The position numbers and the translations under genes were made by a program. The notes under the pieces were generated by a model that searched no databases, was not told the origin of the DNA, and saw nothing but the letters and a program-made list of their open reading frames with translations. A stretch of DNA of 64,000 bases from Corallococcus sp. Z5C101001 (lineage in GTDB: Bacteria > Myxococcota > Myxococcia > Myxococcales > Myxococcaceae), in assembly GCF_007352635.1 (NCBI RefSeq), contig NZ_VKLU01000005.1:443940-507939 (forward strand). The letters are read 5' to 3'. Below, piece after piece: positions 37,659-50,349 of the stretch. Position 1 is the stretch's first letter. Every line of letters starts with the position of its first letter.

Positions 37659-38474
37659 CTACGGCGAGCCAGCCGCCGACTTGTCGCTGCCGCCACCCTT
37701 GATGATCTGGATGATCTCCCGGCGCTTCTGCTCCAGCACGCGGGTGCGCTCGCCGGACAGCAGCGTGCTGATGGTCGCGCGGCCGCGCTCCTCGATGAGG
37801 TCCACGTCGTCCTCGTTGCGCAGCGACAGGGTCAGCTGTCCGAGCTCCGCCGCCAGCACCAGGATCTCCGCCTCTTCCGGCAGCACCATCAGCGACACGT
37901 TGTTGTAGTCGCGCTGGTTCTCCGGGATGAGGTTGATGTTCGTGGTGCCGGTGATCTTGCCCGTGGCGACCACGATGATGTTCTGCAGCAGCGTCACCGC
38001 GACGCTCTCATCCGTCTGCGGATCGCGGAACGTGCCGATGATGTCCACGTGGTCGTTGGGACGGATCCACCCGCCCACGGCCGTGGTCAGCTTCGCCTCG
38101 ATGGTGATGGCGCGCGCCTTCTTCTGCACCTTCGTCGACAGGCGCTCGGCGGCCTTCGTCGTCTCGAACTGGCTCCAGAGGATGGGGTCGCCGGCCTGCA
38201 GCGCCACGAGCACCTTCTGGTTCACGATGTAGTTGGCGGAGTCCGGCTTCACCACCGACGAGGTGACGAACTGCTCCGGCACGGAGCGCTGGGAGATCAT
38301 CTCGTACGTGATGACCGACCCCTCGGGCATGTCCTGGCCCGCCACCACCACGGGCACCAGGTTCCACCCGCGACGCACATCCGATTCCTTCTTCTTGATG
38401 GCCGAGTAGGCCACGATGCCGGCGAGCAAACCGAGCACCAGCGCGACGACGAGCGGGGTCTTACCCTTCAACAT
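37659..38474 (-). CDS. cpaB: Flp pilus assembly protein CpaB/RcpC
   Basis: N-terminal TM anchor LVVALVLGLLAGIVAY. SAF/CpaB domain features (...VVVAGQDMPEGSVIT...), C-terminal RcpC-like region. Confidence 0.75.
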   Translation of the reverse strand: MLKGKTPLVVALVLGLLAGIVAYSAIKKKESDVRRGWNLVPVVVAGQDMPEGSVITYEMISQRSVPEQFVTSSVVKPDSANYIVNQKVLVALQAGDPILWSQFETTKAAERLSTKVQKKARAITIEAKLTTAVGGWIRPNDHVDIIGTFRDPQTDESVAVTLLQNIIVVATGKITGTTNINLIPENQRDYNNVSLMVLPEEAEILVLAAELGQLTLSLRNEDDVDLIEERGRATISTLLSGERTRVLEQKRREIIQIIKGGGSDKSAAGSP

Positions 38475-38703
38475 GGTTCAAGGTCCTCCAGAACGGTGGG
38501 GCGCCGTCGTGGCGGCAGGACTGCTTTGGACGAGGGGGCAATGCCAGGGCGCGAACGAGTGAAGATGTTAGCCATGCCCCAGAGCAGGTGTCAAAACCAC
38601 CTCTCGTGACAAAGCGGAATCCCTGGACGCCTGGGAGGCCGCGGCGCCTGTCCACCCCCGGGGGGACGGCGCGAAACGCGGCCGGATCCGTGGCCTCCGT
38701 CCC

Positions 38704-38964
38704 TCAGGGGAACGGCAGGTTCAGCACGAAGTAGAACGAGTCGTAATAAATCTGGTACGCCTCGAGGAAGAGGTCGATGACGTTGGTCTGCTTGTCCTCG
38801 CTCCAGCGGACCTTCACCGTGGCGCCGACGACGAGCGCGACGATCAACACCCAGTTGATCATCGAGTACTCCACCATCGCCTGGCCACGGCGGGCCCTGC
38901 GCGGGGAGCGCTTCGACGACTTCCGGGGAGTGTTCACGGGGGGATGATCCACGTCCGGCCTCAT
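38704..38964 (-). CDS. Flp/Fap-type pilin (TadE/Flp family prepilin)
   Basis: Prepilin processing motif G/XXXXEY: ...RRARRG-QAMV-EYSMINWVLIVALVVGATV, followed by a hydrophobic helix. Start placed at MRPDVDHPPV (27-aa basic leader). An upstream Met at 39006 is also possible. Confidence 0.5.
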   Translation of the reverse strand: MRPDVDHPPVNTPRKSSKRSPRRARRGQAMVEYSMINWVLIVALVVGATVKVRWSEDKQTNVIDLFLEAYQIYYDSFYFVLNLPFP

Positions 38965-39044
38965 GGTCGCATCATCCACGGCCCGGGGGAGCGCCGCATC
39001 GGTCATGTGGACCGTCGCCGGAGAAAGCGCGGCGGCCCCCTCCC

Positions 39045-40484
39045 CTACTCCGTGGGCACCGGCTCGCTGGCGGGCAGCTTCGTGCTGGCGGCGGGCGCCA
39101 TGATGGGCGCGGCCTTGCGCATGCGGCGCTGGGCCATCTGGGCGGCGCCGGACTCGGGGGCTTCGTGGACGACCTGGGCGCAGACGACCGCGGCGGCGTC
39201 GCTCTGGCCCTGAGCGGACTCCGAATCGCACAGCCGCGAAAGCAGGTCCAGCCGCTCACCGCCACTGGGTCCGGCCGCGAGCGCGGCGCGCAGCAGCTGA
39301 GCCTCCCGGACGCGATCTCCCTGGTTCGCGGCGGCTTGCGCCTGACGCGCCAGCTCGCGCGACGTCGTCGCTCCGGCCGGGGCCTGCTTCTCCATGGACT
39401 TGGGTTTCGCGACCTCCGTGCGGGCCGATTCCTTGACCGGTTCGGCGACCGCACGGGCCGGGGCCTGCTTCGAGGTGCTGACCGCGCCGGTGGCGGAAGG
39501 CGTCGCGGGAGCGGCCTGCGCCATGGGCGCGGAGGCCACCGGCGCCGGAGGCGGCGGCGCGGCCTCTCCCATGGCGGCGGCATCGTCGGACGCGAGCCCG
39601 CGCCCGTAGGACGCACCGCCCAGCCGCAGTGAGTCGCGCTTCGCGACCTGGGCCTTGTCCGTGCCTCCCCCTGCCTGGTCGAACGCGGAGTCCGAGGTGG
39701 AGCGTGCGTCCTTCCCGCCATACACGGCGCCGGCCGCCTCTTCCTTCGGGGCCTGTGCCGGCTCGAGCGCCGCGAACTCGCCGTCCGCGTCCTGGGCCTT
39801 GGACAGCTTCTTCGTGGGCGCGGGCCCCTCACGTCGGCGCTCCAGCATCGCGCCTCCACCGCCCGCGTTCATCCAATCCGACGGACGGCCCGCGGCATTG
39901 CCCTTGAGCTGCGCATCCGCCTGATTCCGTGCGGGCGCGTCTTTCAGCGCCTCGGAGGCCGGAGCCGCCGCCAGCAGGTCATCGCTCCGCGGGGTGTAAC
40001 TCCTCCCCATCGGCGCGGGCGCGGAGGCGGGCGCGGACTTCGGCTCGCGCTTGCCCAGCGTGCGGGTCTCATCCTCCGCCGGGGCCCTCGCGGGGCTCGC
40101 GGTCTTCTGCGCCAGGTTCGGCTCCAGGTGGAGGCCCTCGTTGACCTCCAGCGACAGGATGCCGAAGGTGCTCACCGTGGCCAGGCCCACCGCGGGCAAG
40201 AGCCAGCGGCGCCAGCGCGAGGGCTTCGGCTCCGGCCCCGCGGAGGCGCGGCGCGCGGACTGCTGGGCGTACGCGAGCAGCGACTCCAGGCCCGCGTCCG
40301 GCGCGGGTTCGGTCGACAGCTGCGCCATGGTGGTGCGCACGCCGCGGATGTCCGCCAGCGCCTTGGAACAGCGCACACAGCCCTGGACGTGCTGCTCCAA
40401 CGCCTGGGCCTCCGTCGCCGGAAGCTCGCCGTAGGCGAAGTCGAGGAGCCGGTCCTCGTGCGCGTGAGCATTCTGGGCACTCAT
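39045..40484 (-). CDS. Anti-sigma factor (zinc-finger, membrane-spanning) with long Ala/Pro-rich periplasmic region
   Basis: N-terminal HxxxC...C zinc-binding anti-sigma domain (AHEDRLLDFAYGELP...HVQGCVRCSKAL). TM WLLPAVGLATVSTFGILSL. ATGA overlap with the ECF sigma stop. Confidence 0.7.
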   Translation of the reverse strand: MSAQNAHAHEDRLLDFAYGELPATEAQALEQHVQGCVRCSKALADIRGVRTTMAQLSTEPAPDAGLESLLAYAQQSARRASAGPEPKPSRWRRWLLPAVGLATVSTFGILSLEVNEGLHLEPNLAQKTASPARAPAEDETRTLGKREPKSAPASAPAPMGRSYTPRSDDLLAAAPASEALKDAPARNQADAQLKGNAAGRPSDWMNAGGGGAMLERRREGPAPTKKLSKAQDADGEFAALEPAQAPKEEAAGAVYGGKDARSTSDSAFDQAGGGTDKAQVAKRDSLRLGGASYGRGLASDDAAAMGEAAPPPPAPVASAPMAQAAPATPSATGAVSTSKQAPARAVAEPVKESARTEVAKPKSMEKQAPAGATTSRELARQAQAAANQGDRVREAQLLRAALAAGPSGGERLDLLSRLCDSESAQGQSDAAAVVCAQVVHEAPESGAAQMAQRRMRKAAPIMAPAASTKLPASEPVPTE

Positions 40485-41128
40485 CCCGCCACCGTCCTTC
40501 CATCCTCCGACAGGTCGCCATCCACACCCAGCTCGCCCAGGCGGCGGCGCAAGCCCTCCAGCGCGTAACGCATCCGGCTCTTCACCGTGTTTTCGGACAC
40601 GCCCGTCACCTCGGCGATCTCCTTGAACGGGATGCCGCTGTACTCCCGCAGCACGAACACCTCGCGCTGCTCCTCCGGCAGCCCCGCGAGGGCCCGCTCC
40701 AGCAGGGGCCGCAGGCGCGCGTTGTGCGCGCCGCGCTCCGGACTGGCACCGGCGTCCGGCAGCCCCTCGCCCAACGGACGTCCCTCGTCCCCGTCCGCAC
40801 CGGCCGCGGGGGCCTCCAGGGACGTCGCCTGGCGGTAGCTCTCTTTGCGCGTGCTGTCCACGCAGAGGTTCCTCGCGATGGTGTACAGCCAGGTCGTGAA
40901 CCGGGCCTTCGGCGCGTATTCCCGGGCACTGCGGACCACCTTGAGCCACGTCTCCTGCAGCACGTCCTCCGCCCGCGCCCGGTGCCCGACGAAGCGCAGG
41001 ATGAAGTTGAACACCGGCGCGCGGTGCTTTCGCACCAGCGCCTCGAACGCACGCGCGTCTCCCGCCTGGAAGGCGAGCATCAGATGCTCGTCTGAGGTTT
41101 CGGGTGCCAAACTTCCCCCAGTGCCCAT
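40481..41128 (-). CDS. ECF (sigma-70 family, group IV) RNA polymerase sigma factor
   Basis: Region 2 ...RAEDVLQETWLKV...TWLYTIARN. Region 4 ...EQREVFVLREYSGIPFKEIAEVTGVSENTVKSR. Confidence 0.85.
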   Translation of the reverse strand: MGTGGSLAPETSDEHLMLAFQAGDARAFEALVRKHRAPVFNFILRFVGHRARAEDVLQETWLKVVRSAREYAPKARFTTWLYTIARNLCVDSTRKESYRQATSLEAPAAGADGDEGRPLGEGLPDAGASPERGAHNARLRPLLERALAGLPEEQREVFVLREYSGIPFKEIAEVTGVSENTVKSRMRYALEGLRRRLGELGVDGDLSEDGRTVAG

Positions 41129-41192
41129 GAAGCCACGGGTGCCATCCCCTTCGCCGCCCACCGCCTGTAACGGACAGCCGTGCGCGAAAGGT

Positions 41193-41654
41193 CTATTCCG
41201 GCCGTGGCCGCCGGTAAGTGGCGAGAATGACAGGGACCGCCACCCCTGTCACCAGAAGTGCCTGCGCCAACAGCACCGCGGGGAGCGGGTGCTGCACGTG
41301 GACATGCAGCGAGCGGCCAAGCCCCGCCCCCAACAGGACGCCCGTCAGCGTGCGCACCGCGTTGGAACCCGACGCGGGCCGGAACCGCCCCACCGCCCAG
41401 TCCAGCAGCGCGGGCAGCGTGAGGCCCAGTCCCACCGGGACATCCCACGACCACTGGAGCGGCGCCTTCAGCGCGAACAGCCCCAGGAAGACGGCGGCGA
41501 GCACCGGGTACGTGCCCAGGCACCGCGCGCACACGCGCGCGCCCGCGAGCACATAGGTGCGGTTGTATTCATCCGGGTGATGATGGCTGAGCCAGAACAC
41601 CGGCACCTCCTCCAGACGCGGAGACAGTGGGGGGTTCCCACGCGGGACGGGCAT
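41193..41654 (-). CDS. Small polytopic membrane protein with CxxC motif (DUF2085-like)
   Basis: HHHPDEY...CARC followed by 3-4 TM helices. Start uncertain; longer ORF overlaps the oppF-like 3' end. Confidence 0.4.
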   Translation of the reverse strand: MPVPRGNPPLSPRLEEVPVFWLSHHHPDEYNRTYVLAGARVCARCLGTYPVLAAVFLGLFALKAPLQWSWDVPVGLGLTLPALLDWAVGRFRPASGSNAVRTLTGVLLGAGLGRSLHVHVQHPLPAVLLAQALLVTGVAVPVILATYRRPRPE

Positions 41655-42620
41655 CCCCCTCCGCCAGGAAGCACGCCGCGGCGTGGCCTCCCCCCAGCGG
41701 GTACAGCGGGGGCGACTCGCGCCGGCAGCGCTCCATCGCGTGGGGACAGCGTGGGTGGAACGCACAGCCGGCGGGCGGAGACAGCGGCGAGGGCGGCTCC
41801 CCCGGCAGCAACAGCCGGGCGCGAGGCCGCTCCGGGTCCGGCACCGGCACCGCGGACAGCAGGGCCTGCGTGTACGGGTGGCGCGGCCCGGAGTACAGCG
41901 CGCGCGACGGCGCCACCTCCACGATGCGGCCCAGGTACATCACCGCCACGCGCGTGGACACGTACTCCACGATCTTCAGGTCGTGCGCGATGAAGACGTA
42001 GGTGAGGCCGCGCTCGCGCTGCAGGTCCACCAGCAGGTTGACGATCTGCGCCTGGATGGAGACGTCCAGCGCGCTGATGGGCTCGTCCGCCACCACCAGC
42101 TCCGGGCGCAACGCGATGGCACGTGCAATGCCGATGCGCTGGCGCTGGCCCCCGGAGAACTCGTGCGGGTAGCGGTGCCGCGCCTCGCGGGGCAGGCCCA
42201 TGGCGTCCAGGAGCGCCAGCACCTCGTCCTCGCGCGCCCGGCCCTTCGCGAGCCCGTGGATGGCGAAGGGCTCCGCGAGGATGTCCCCCACCGTCATGCG
42301 CGGGTTGAGGGACGCGTACGGATCCTGGAAGACCAGCTGCATGCGGCGGCGCAGCGGCCGCAGCTCGCGCTGCGACAGGCCGGTCAGCTCGCGACCCTCC
42401 ACGCGGATGGAGCCGGACGTCGGGTCGATGAGGCGCAGGAGCGCGCGCCCCAGGGTGCTCTTGCCGCAGCCGCTCTCCCCCACCAGGCCCAGCGTCTCAC
42501 CCCGGGCGACCTCGAAGGACACGCCGTCCACCGCGCGCACCGTGCCGCGCGTGCGCCCCAGGAAGCCGCCCCGCACCGGGAAGTGCACCTTCAGGTCGCG
42601 CACCTGGACCAGCGGCTCGC

Positions 42621-42624
<4 letters not shown>
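41569..42624 (-). CDS. Oligopeptide/dipeptide-type ABC transporter ATP-binding protein (OppF/DppF-like), no cognate permease nearby
   Basis: Walker [10 protein letters not shown], signature [14 protein letters not shown], Walker [14 protein letters not shown]-terminal Opp/Dpp domain [14 protein letters not shown]. Confidence 0.85.
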
Positions 42625-43639
<1,015 letters not shown>

Positions 43640-43643
<4 letters not shown>

Positions 43644-44635
43644 TTCTGGGCCAGCTCCTCCAGGAACTCCGCCTCCTGGATGAGCCCCTTGCGGATGAGC
43701 AGGCGGATGAGGCTCGCGACCATGCGCGCGGGCTTCACCTTCTCCGTGTCCAGGCTGGCCTCCTCGCCGCGAGAGATGCGGTCGATGTCGTCCAGCACCG
43801 CCAGGTCCTCCTCGGAGAAGTCCGGCTTGGGCGTGAGCGCCACCGACGGCTTCACGCCCTGCGCGGCGCCGCCGAAGAGCACCACCGGCACGCGCGGCTT
43901 GTTGGGATCCGCGTCCGCCTCCGAGGGCGGCGGCGGGGGCGGAGGCCTCGCGGCGGCGGGCGGCGGCGGGGGCCTGGCGGCGGGCCGGGGCTTGGAGCCC
44001 AGGATGTCCTCCAGCACCTCCGCGCCGTCCGCGGAGGACTCGTGGGGCGGCGGCGGGGGCAGGTCCCAGTCCAGCGGCGGAGGCGCGGGCGGGCGCGCCG
44101 ACGAGGGACGCGCGGCGGCGGGCGCCGGCGTCGACGGCAGGATGTCCGGCGAATCGTCCTCGTCCATGTCCATCGGTTCTGCCTCCACGATGTCCAGGGG
44201 CTCTCCCCGGCCGCGCGCGAGCGCCTGCTCCAGGTCGTCTGGAGCGGCGACAAAGACCTTGAGCTGCTTGCGCAGTTGGAAGCGCAGCTGGTCCACCAGG
44301 TTCAGGTTGCCCGGGTCCTCGACCGCCACGTGGAGCTTCTCGCTGCGGCCGTCCTGCTCCAGCGCGAAGAGCAGCACGCGCTGCTCGGTCTGGAAATCCA
44401 TGGACACCAGCGAGGACACCGCGTGCGGGATGTACTCGGGGATCTCCACGAAGGGCAGCTCGTGCTGCGCCGCCAGCGCCCGCGCGATGTCCCGGCCGGT
44501 GCACAGGCCCATGGACACCAGCACCTCGCCCAGCTTGCGGCCCTGGCCGCGCCGTCCGGAGGCCAATGCCTGCTTCACCTGCTCGTCCGTGACCACGCCC
44601 GCCTGGACGAGGAGTTCACCAATCTTCTTGCGCAT
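43640..44635 (-). CDS. MshEN/T2SSE_N-domain protein (putative c-di-GMP binding) with Pro-rich linker
   Basis: Two 24-aa MshEN-like motifs: [24 protein letters not shown] and [24 protein letters not shown]. GspE-N fold region. Long poly-Pro stretch. Confidence 0.65.
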
Positions 44636-44644
44636 GGCCGGGGG

Positions 44645-45400
44645 CTACCGCTTGACCTTGGCGAGGTATTCCTCGCGGGAAAAAACGCCCTTCTCGATGA
44701 GCAGCTCCACCATGGCCTTGAGCGCCGCGACCTCCTTGCGCTGCACGTCCTCCACGCTCTTGAGCAGCTCCGCGGGACTTCCGGAGGCCGCCGCGCGAGG
44801 CGCCTCCGCGGGAGGCGGCGGACGGGCCGGCGCGGGGGCGGGACGGGCGGGCGCGGACGCAGCGACCGCGGCGGCCGGGTCCAGGTCCTTGAGGTTCTTC
44901 ACGACGGTGCGGCCCTGGGCGTCCACCACCTTGAAGTTGGTGTCCGCGTCCTCCAATTCCGCCGACTCCTCGTAGAGGCGCGCGAACGCCCGCGCCACGG
45001 ACGTGCGCCCCGCCACGTTGGCCACGATGCGGCACTTGGACAGGGCCCGCAGCTCGTCCAGCACCCGCACGTTGAGCGGATCCGACATCGCGACCACCAG
45101 CGTCTTGCCGTCGTCGCGCAGCTGCAGGGGCACGACAGAGAAGTCGCGCGCCGTCTGCGAGGGAATCTTGGCCTTCACGTGCGGCGGCACCGCCTGCACG
45201 GCGTCCAGGTTCACCGCCGGCATGCCGAGCTGCTTCGACAAGGCGCGCACGAGGATGTCCTCGGAGACGAGGTTCATCCGGACGAGGATCTCGCCCAGCT
45301 TCCCGCCCCACTTGGCCTGCTCGGCGAGCGCCGCCTTGAGCTGGCTCTCCTGCAGGACGTTCGCCTTGATCAGCAGTTCTCCAAGCTTGATCTGTGCCAT
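44645..45400 (-). CDS. MshEN/T2SSE_N-domain protein (putative c-di-GMP binding)
   Basis: Two consecutive motifs matching RLGxxL(V/I)xxG(I/F)(L/V)xxxxLxxxLxxQ: KLGELLIKANVLQESQLKAALAEQ and KLGEILVRMNLVSEDILVRALSKQ. Second GspE-N-like repeat at the C-terminus. Confidence 0.7.
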   Translation of the reverse strand: MAQIKLGELLIKANVLQESQLKAALAEQAKWGGKLGEILVRMNLVSEDILVRALSKQLGMPAVNLDAVQAVPPHVKAKIPSQTARDFSVVPLQLRDDGKTLVVAMSDPLNVRVLDELRALSKCRIVANVAGRTSVARAFARLYEESAELEDADTNFKVVDAQGRTVVKNLKDLDPAAAVAASAPARPAPAPARPPPPAEAPRAAASGSPAELLKSVEDVQRKEVAALKAMVELLIEKGVFSREEYLAKVKR

Positions 45401-45459
45401 GTCGTGCGCGCCATAGTACCCGGTTTGAGCCGGGGCGCTGCCTTTCGACGCCTGGAAGC

Positions 45460-46290
45460 TCAGGAACCCGGCGCCGGGGGCGGCGGCGACACCGTGTCCC
45501 GGCCCCGGACTTCCTGGCCCCGCGCGTCGACGTTCACCACCTTCGCCCCCTCGGGTGCCGTCAGCTCGTACAGCGTCAGGTCCGGCCGGCCGTTGAGGCG
45601 GATGTCCGTGTAGCGGAGGTCCAGCCGTGTGTCCGCCGACGCGGCGATGAGGTGGACCTTGTCGGGGAAGAACAGCTCGCCGCGCTGCTGGAAGTCCTCG
45701 AACGCCAGGTCGTAGCCCGGCACACCTCTCACCTCGCTCTTCACCACGCGCAGGTGTTTGGGATCCACGCGGAGTGTTTGCGTCGCGGGCCCCCGCTGGA
45801 GCTTCAGCACATACACGCGCTCCTTCTCATCCAGCGCCAGGGTCATGGACTCCGGCGGCAGGAGGGGGACCTGCCCGAGCATTACCGCGACCAGCTCCTC
45901 GCTCGGCAGGACGACAGGCAGGAAGCGCGACACGTTCTCCGCGCTGGCGGGGCCCTGGAGGTAGACGTTGTCCCGCGCCTGATAGACGCCGAAGCGCGCC
46001 CCGTCGGAGACGAGCGAGGCGACCGGGCGGTTGAAGAAGTCGTAGGTCTCCAGGTGGATGAGCCCTGGACGGGTGATGGAGAGGAAGGTGGAGAGGGTGC
46101 CGCTGCCCTGGGGGGAGTCCACGTGCAGCTTGGCGTCGCCCTCCAGGTTCACCACCTTCGCCTGTCGCTCGCGCACATGCTGGTAGAGCGTCTGGGCATC
46201 CTCGATGCGGCCTTCCGGACCGAACTCGAGGCGTTTGGGGCAGGCCGAACAGAGGAGGGCCAGGAAGATTGCGGCGGCTGCGCGGTTCAT
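45460..46290 (-). CDS. Lipoprotein, DUF4292/LolA-like fold
   Basis: Lipobox ALLCSAC after MNRAAAAIFL. Beta-rich body. Divergent from exbB. Confidence 0.6.
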   Translation of the reverse strand: MNRAAAAIFLALLCSACPKRLEFGPEGRIEDAQTLYQHVRERQAKVVNLEGDAKLHVDSPQGSGTLSTFLSITRPGLIHLETYDFFNRPVASLVSDGARFGVYQARDNVYLQGPASAENVSRFLPVVLPSEELVAVMLGQVPLLPPESMTLALDEKERVYVLKLQRGPATQTLRVDPKHLRVVKSEVRGVPGYDLAFEDFQQRGELFFPDKVHLIAASADTRLDLRYTDIRLNGRPDLTLYELTAPEGAKVVNVDARGQEVRGRDTVSPPPPAPGS

Positions 46291-46332
46291 ATGTCCTAGT
46301 GTGAGCCAGGGCCGCATGCCCGGTCATCCATC

Positions 46333-47064
46333 ATGAGCCTGAACGATCTACTTCATTACCTTCGCCTGGGCGGCGTCACCCTCGCCCTCCTCCTGGGTGC
46401 CTCCGTGGTCGCCCTGGGTGTGGCCATCGAACGACTCATCGCCCTGTGGGGCGTGAGCGAGCGCTCCCGAAACCTGGGGGAGATCGTCCACAAGCACCTC
46501 CTCCGGGGGGACGTGGCCGCGGCCCGCACCGCCGCCGAGCGCTCCGACGCGGTGGCCGCCGACATCTTCCTCGCCGGCTTCGACCGCTGGGAGCGCTCCC
46601 GCGCCACCGGCGGCAACGGCATCGAGTCCGCCGTGGAGCGCGAGCGCGCCCAGGTGGGGCTCAAGCTGCGGCGCAACCTGTGGCTGCTCGCGACCATCGG
46701 TTCGACGACGCCCTTCGTGGGCCTCTTCGGCACCGTGGCCGGCATCATGCGCTCCTTCAAGGACCTGGGCGTGGACGTGGAGGCCGGCGGCACGGGCGGC
46801 TCCGCGGCGGTGATGACGGGCATCTCCGAGGCGCTCGTGGCCACCGCGGTGGGCATCCTCGTCGCCGTGCAGGCGATGGTCTTCTACAACTACTTCCAGG
46901 CGCGGCTGTCCCGCGTGCTCGTGGAGCTGCGGCTGCTGGGCGACGAGTTCGTGGAGATCCTCAAGGAGCGCGCCGCCGGCGGCCCGCTGCCAGAGCCAAC
47001 GCCTTCACGCGAGAGCCCCGCGGCCCCCGCGCCGCGCCCGGATCCGCAGCCCGCCTCGTCGTAA
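46333..47064 (+). CDS. exbB: MotA/TolQ/ExbB proton-channel protein
   Basis: Three TM helices. Conserved ...TIGSTTPFVGLFGTVAGIMRSF... Confidence 0.85.
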   Translation: MSLNDLLHYLRLGGVTLALLLGASVVALGVAIERLIALWGVSERSRNLGEIVHKHLLRGDVAAARTAAERSDAVAADIFLAGFDRWERSRATGGNGIESAVERERAQVGLKLRRNLWLLATIGSTTPFVGLFGTVAGIMRSFKDLGVDVEAGGTGGSAAVMTGISEALVATAVGILVAVQAMVFYNYFQARLSRVLVELRLLGDEFVEILKERAAGGPLPEPTPSRESPAAPAPRPDPQPASS

Positions 47065-47079
47065 GGAGACACGCCCACC

Positions 47080-47535
47080 ATGGCCATGGGAAAGACGCCG
47101 GGCTCGTCCGACGATGAGGTCGAAGGCGCGGGCTTCGCGGAGATCAACATCACGCCGCTCACGGACGTGATGCTGGTGCTGCTCATCATCTTCATGGTGA
47201 CCAGCTCCGTCATCACGCAGCAGGGTCCGGGCGGCGGCGCCAAGGCGGGCCTCAAGGTGAACCTGCCCAAGGGCGGCGCGGCGGACGTCACCGCGCGCAC
47301 GACGGACCTGTCCGTGGCGGTGCTGGCGGACGGCCGCTTCATGCTCGCCGGCAACGTCGTCGCGGAGGCGGAGCTGAAGCAGGCCTTCGACAAGGCGAAG
47401 GATCAGAACCCCGACACCGTGGTCATCGTCCAGGCGGACGAGGGCGTCTCCCACGGGACGGTGGTGCAGGTGATGGAGCTGGCGAAGAAGGCCGGCCTCG
47501 CGCAGCTCGCCATCGGCGTGCGCGAGGGCAACTAG
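47080..47535 (+). CDS. exbD: ExbD/TolR biopolymer transport protein
   Basis: AEINITPLTDVMLVLLIIFMV TM plus ExbD periplasmic domain. 15 nt after exbB. Confidence 0.85.
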   Translation: MAMGKTPGSSDDEVEGAGFAEINITPLTDVMLVLLIIFMVTSSVITQQGPGGGAKAGLKVNLPKGGAADVTARTTDLSVAVLADGRFMLAGNVVAEAELKQAFDKAKDQNPDTVVIVQADEGVSHGTVVQVMELAKKAGLAQLAIGVREGN

Positions 47536-47552
47536 CCCCCCTCCCCCCTCGG

Positions 47553-47600
47553 AAAGGAAAAAGGCCCCCCGGCACGCATGCCGGAGGGCCTTTTTTCATG
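47553..47600. terminator. Bidirectional rho-independent terminator between exbD and the convergent acyl-CoA dehydrogenase gene
   Basis: ggccccccggcacgcatgccggagggcc hairpin flanked by aaaaa/tttttt on both sides. Confidence 0.6.
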
Positions 47601-47624
47601 GCGTCAGCCGGGTGTCCGGCGGAC

Positions 47625-49469
<1,845 letters not shown>

Positions 49470-49656
49470 GGCCACTCCTGCGTAGGGGCTCGCTGCCTGC
49501 TCTCTTCCCGCAGGGCAGGAAAAAGAAAGGGTCAGCGGCCCATGTGACGCAGGAAGTGTGGCGTCGACTGATTTTTGAGTCAACCCGGAATGACACCCCG
49601 CGTTGACGAGCGGTCGAAGCCGCCCCGTCCGAACGCGGGATTCCAGCGTTGAACGC

Positions 49657-50349
49657 CTACTTCTTGGCCTTCTTCGCCAGAGGGAGGGAGGCCGTCTTGG
49701 CGGCGGGCTTCTCCCGGGGGGCGGTCTTCTTGGACGAGGCGCCGGAGCGGGGCTCGCCCGCCTCCTCGTCGTCGTCCTCGTCCTCTTCCGGCGCGGTGGG
49801 AGCGGCGCTGGTGGACGACTCGGGGGCGGCGCTGGTGGCGGCGGGGACGACCAGGCTCTCGCGAGGGACCTCCACCACGATGGGGGACTGGCCGGAGCGC
49901 TGCCGGTTCTCGTCCTCCAGGGAGTAGAAGAGTTGGATCTGCGAGCCGCCCTTCATGACGAGCTCGCCCTTCTGGTTCTCCGCCCAGAGGTCGATCTCGA
50001 CGAAGTACCGGCCGCCAGAGCCGTGGCGGTCGCTCACGCGGCCCTTGCAGACCACGGTGTCGCCCGGCCACACCATCTTGATGAACCGGACGTTGTAGCG
50101 GCGCAGCTGCCCGCCGCGCGCCCAGTCGCTGATCAACTGGCCGAGCATGCCCATGACGAGCATGCCCGGGGCGTAGACGGACGGCATGCCCACGCTCTTG
50201 GCGTACAGCTCGTCCACGTGGACGGGGTTGTAGTCGCCGGAGGCGCCCGCGTAGCGCGACAGCTGCACGCGGTCCACCGGGGCCTTGGCCAGCGCGGGCA
50301 GCTCGTCACCCACGCGAATGGATTCGAAGTAGAGCTTGCGCGCGGGCAT
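49657..50349 (-). CDS. MaoC-like (R)-specific enoyl-CoA hydratase/dehydratase (hotdog) with Lys/Ala-rich C-terminal tail
   Basis: Hotdog motif ...YAGASGDYNPVHVDELYAKSVG.... ~70 aa acidic then basic disordered tail. Confidence 0.8.
   Translation of the reverse strand: MPARKLYFESIRVGDELPALAKAPVDRVQLSRYAGASGDYNPVHVDELYAKSVGMPSVYAPGMLVMGMLGQLISDWARGGQLRRYNVRFIKMVWPGDTVVCKGRVSDRHGSGGRYFVEIDLWAENQKGELVMKGGSQIQLFYSLEDENRQRSGQSPIVVEVPRESLVVPAATSAAPESSTSAAPTAPEEDEDDDEEAGEPRSGASSKKTAPREKPAAKTASLPLAKKAKK

Noticed and set aside
38475-38703. Sigma-54-type promoter upstream of cpaB (TGGCAT/TTGCC-like strings on the minus strand)
   Set aside because: The GG and GC elements are not separated by the required 10 nt. 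No convincing -24/-12 match. Left as an ordinary intergenic/promoter region.
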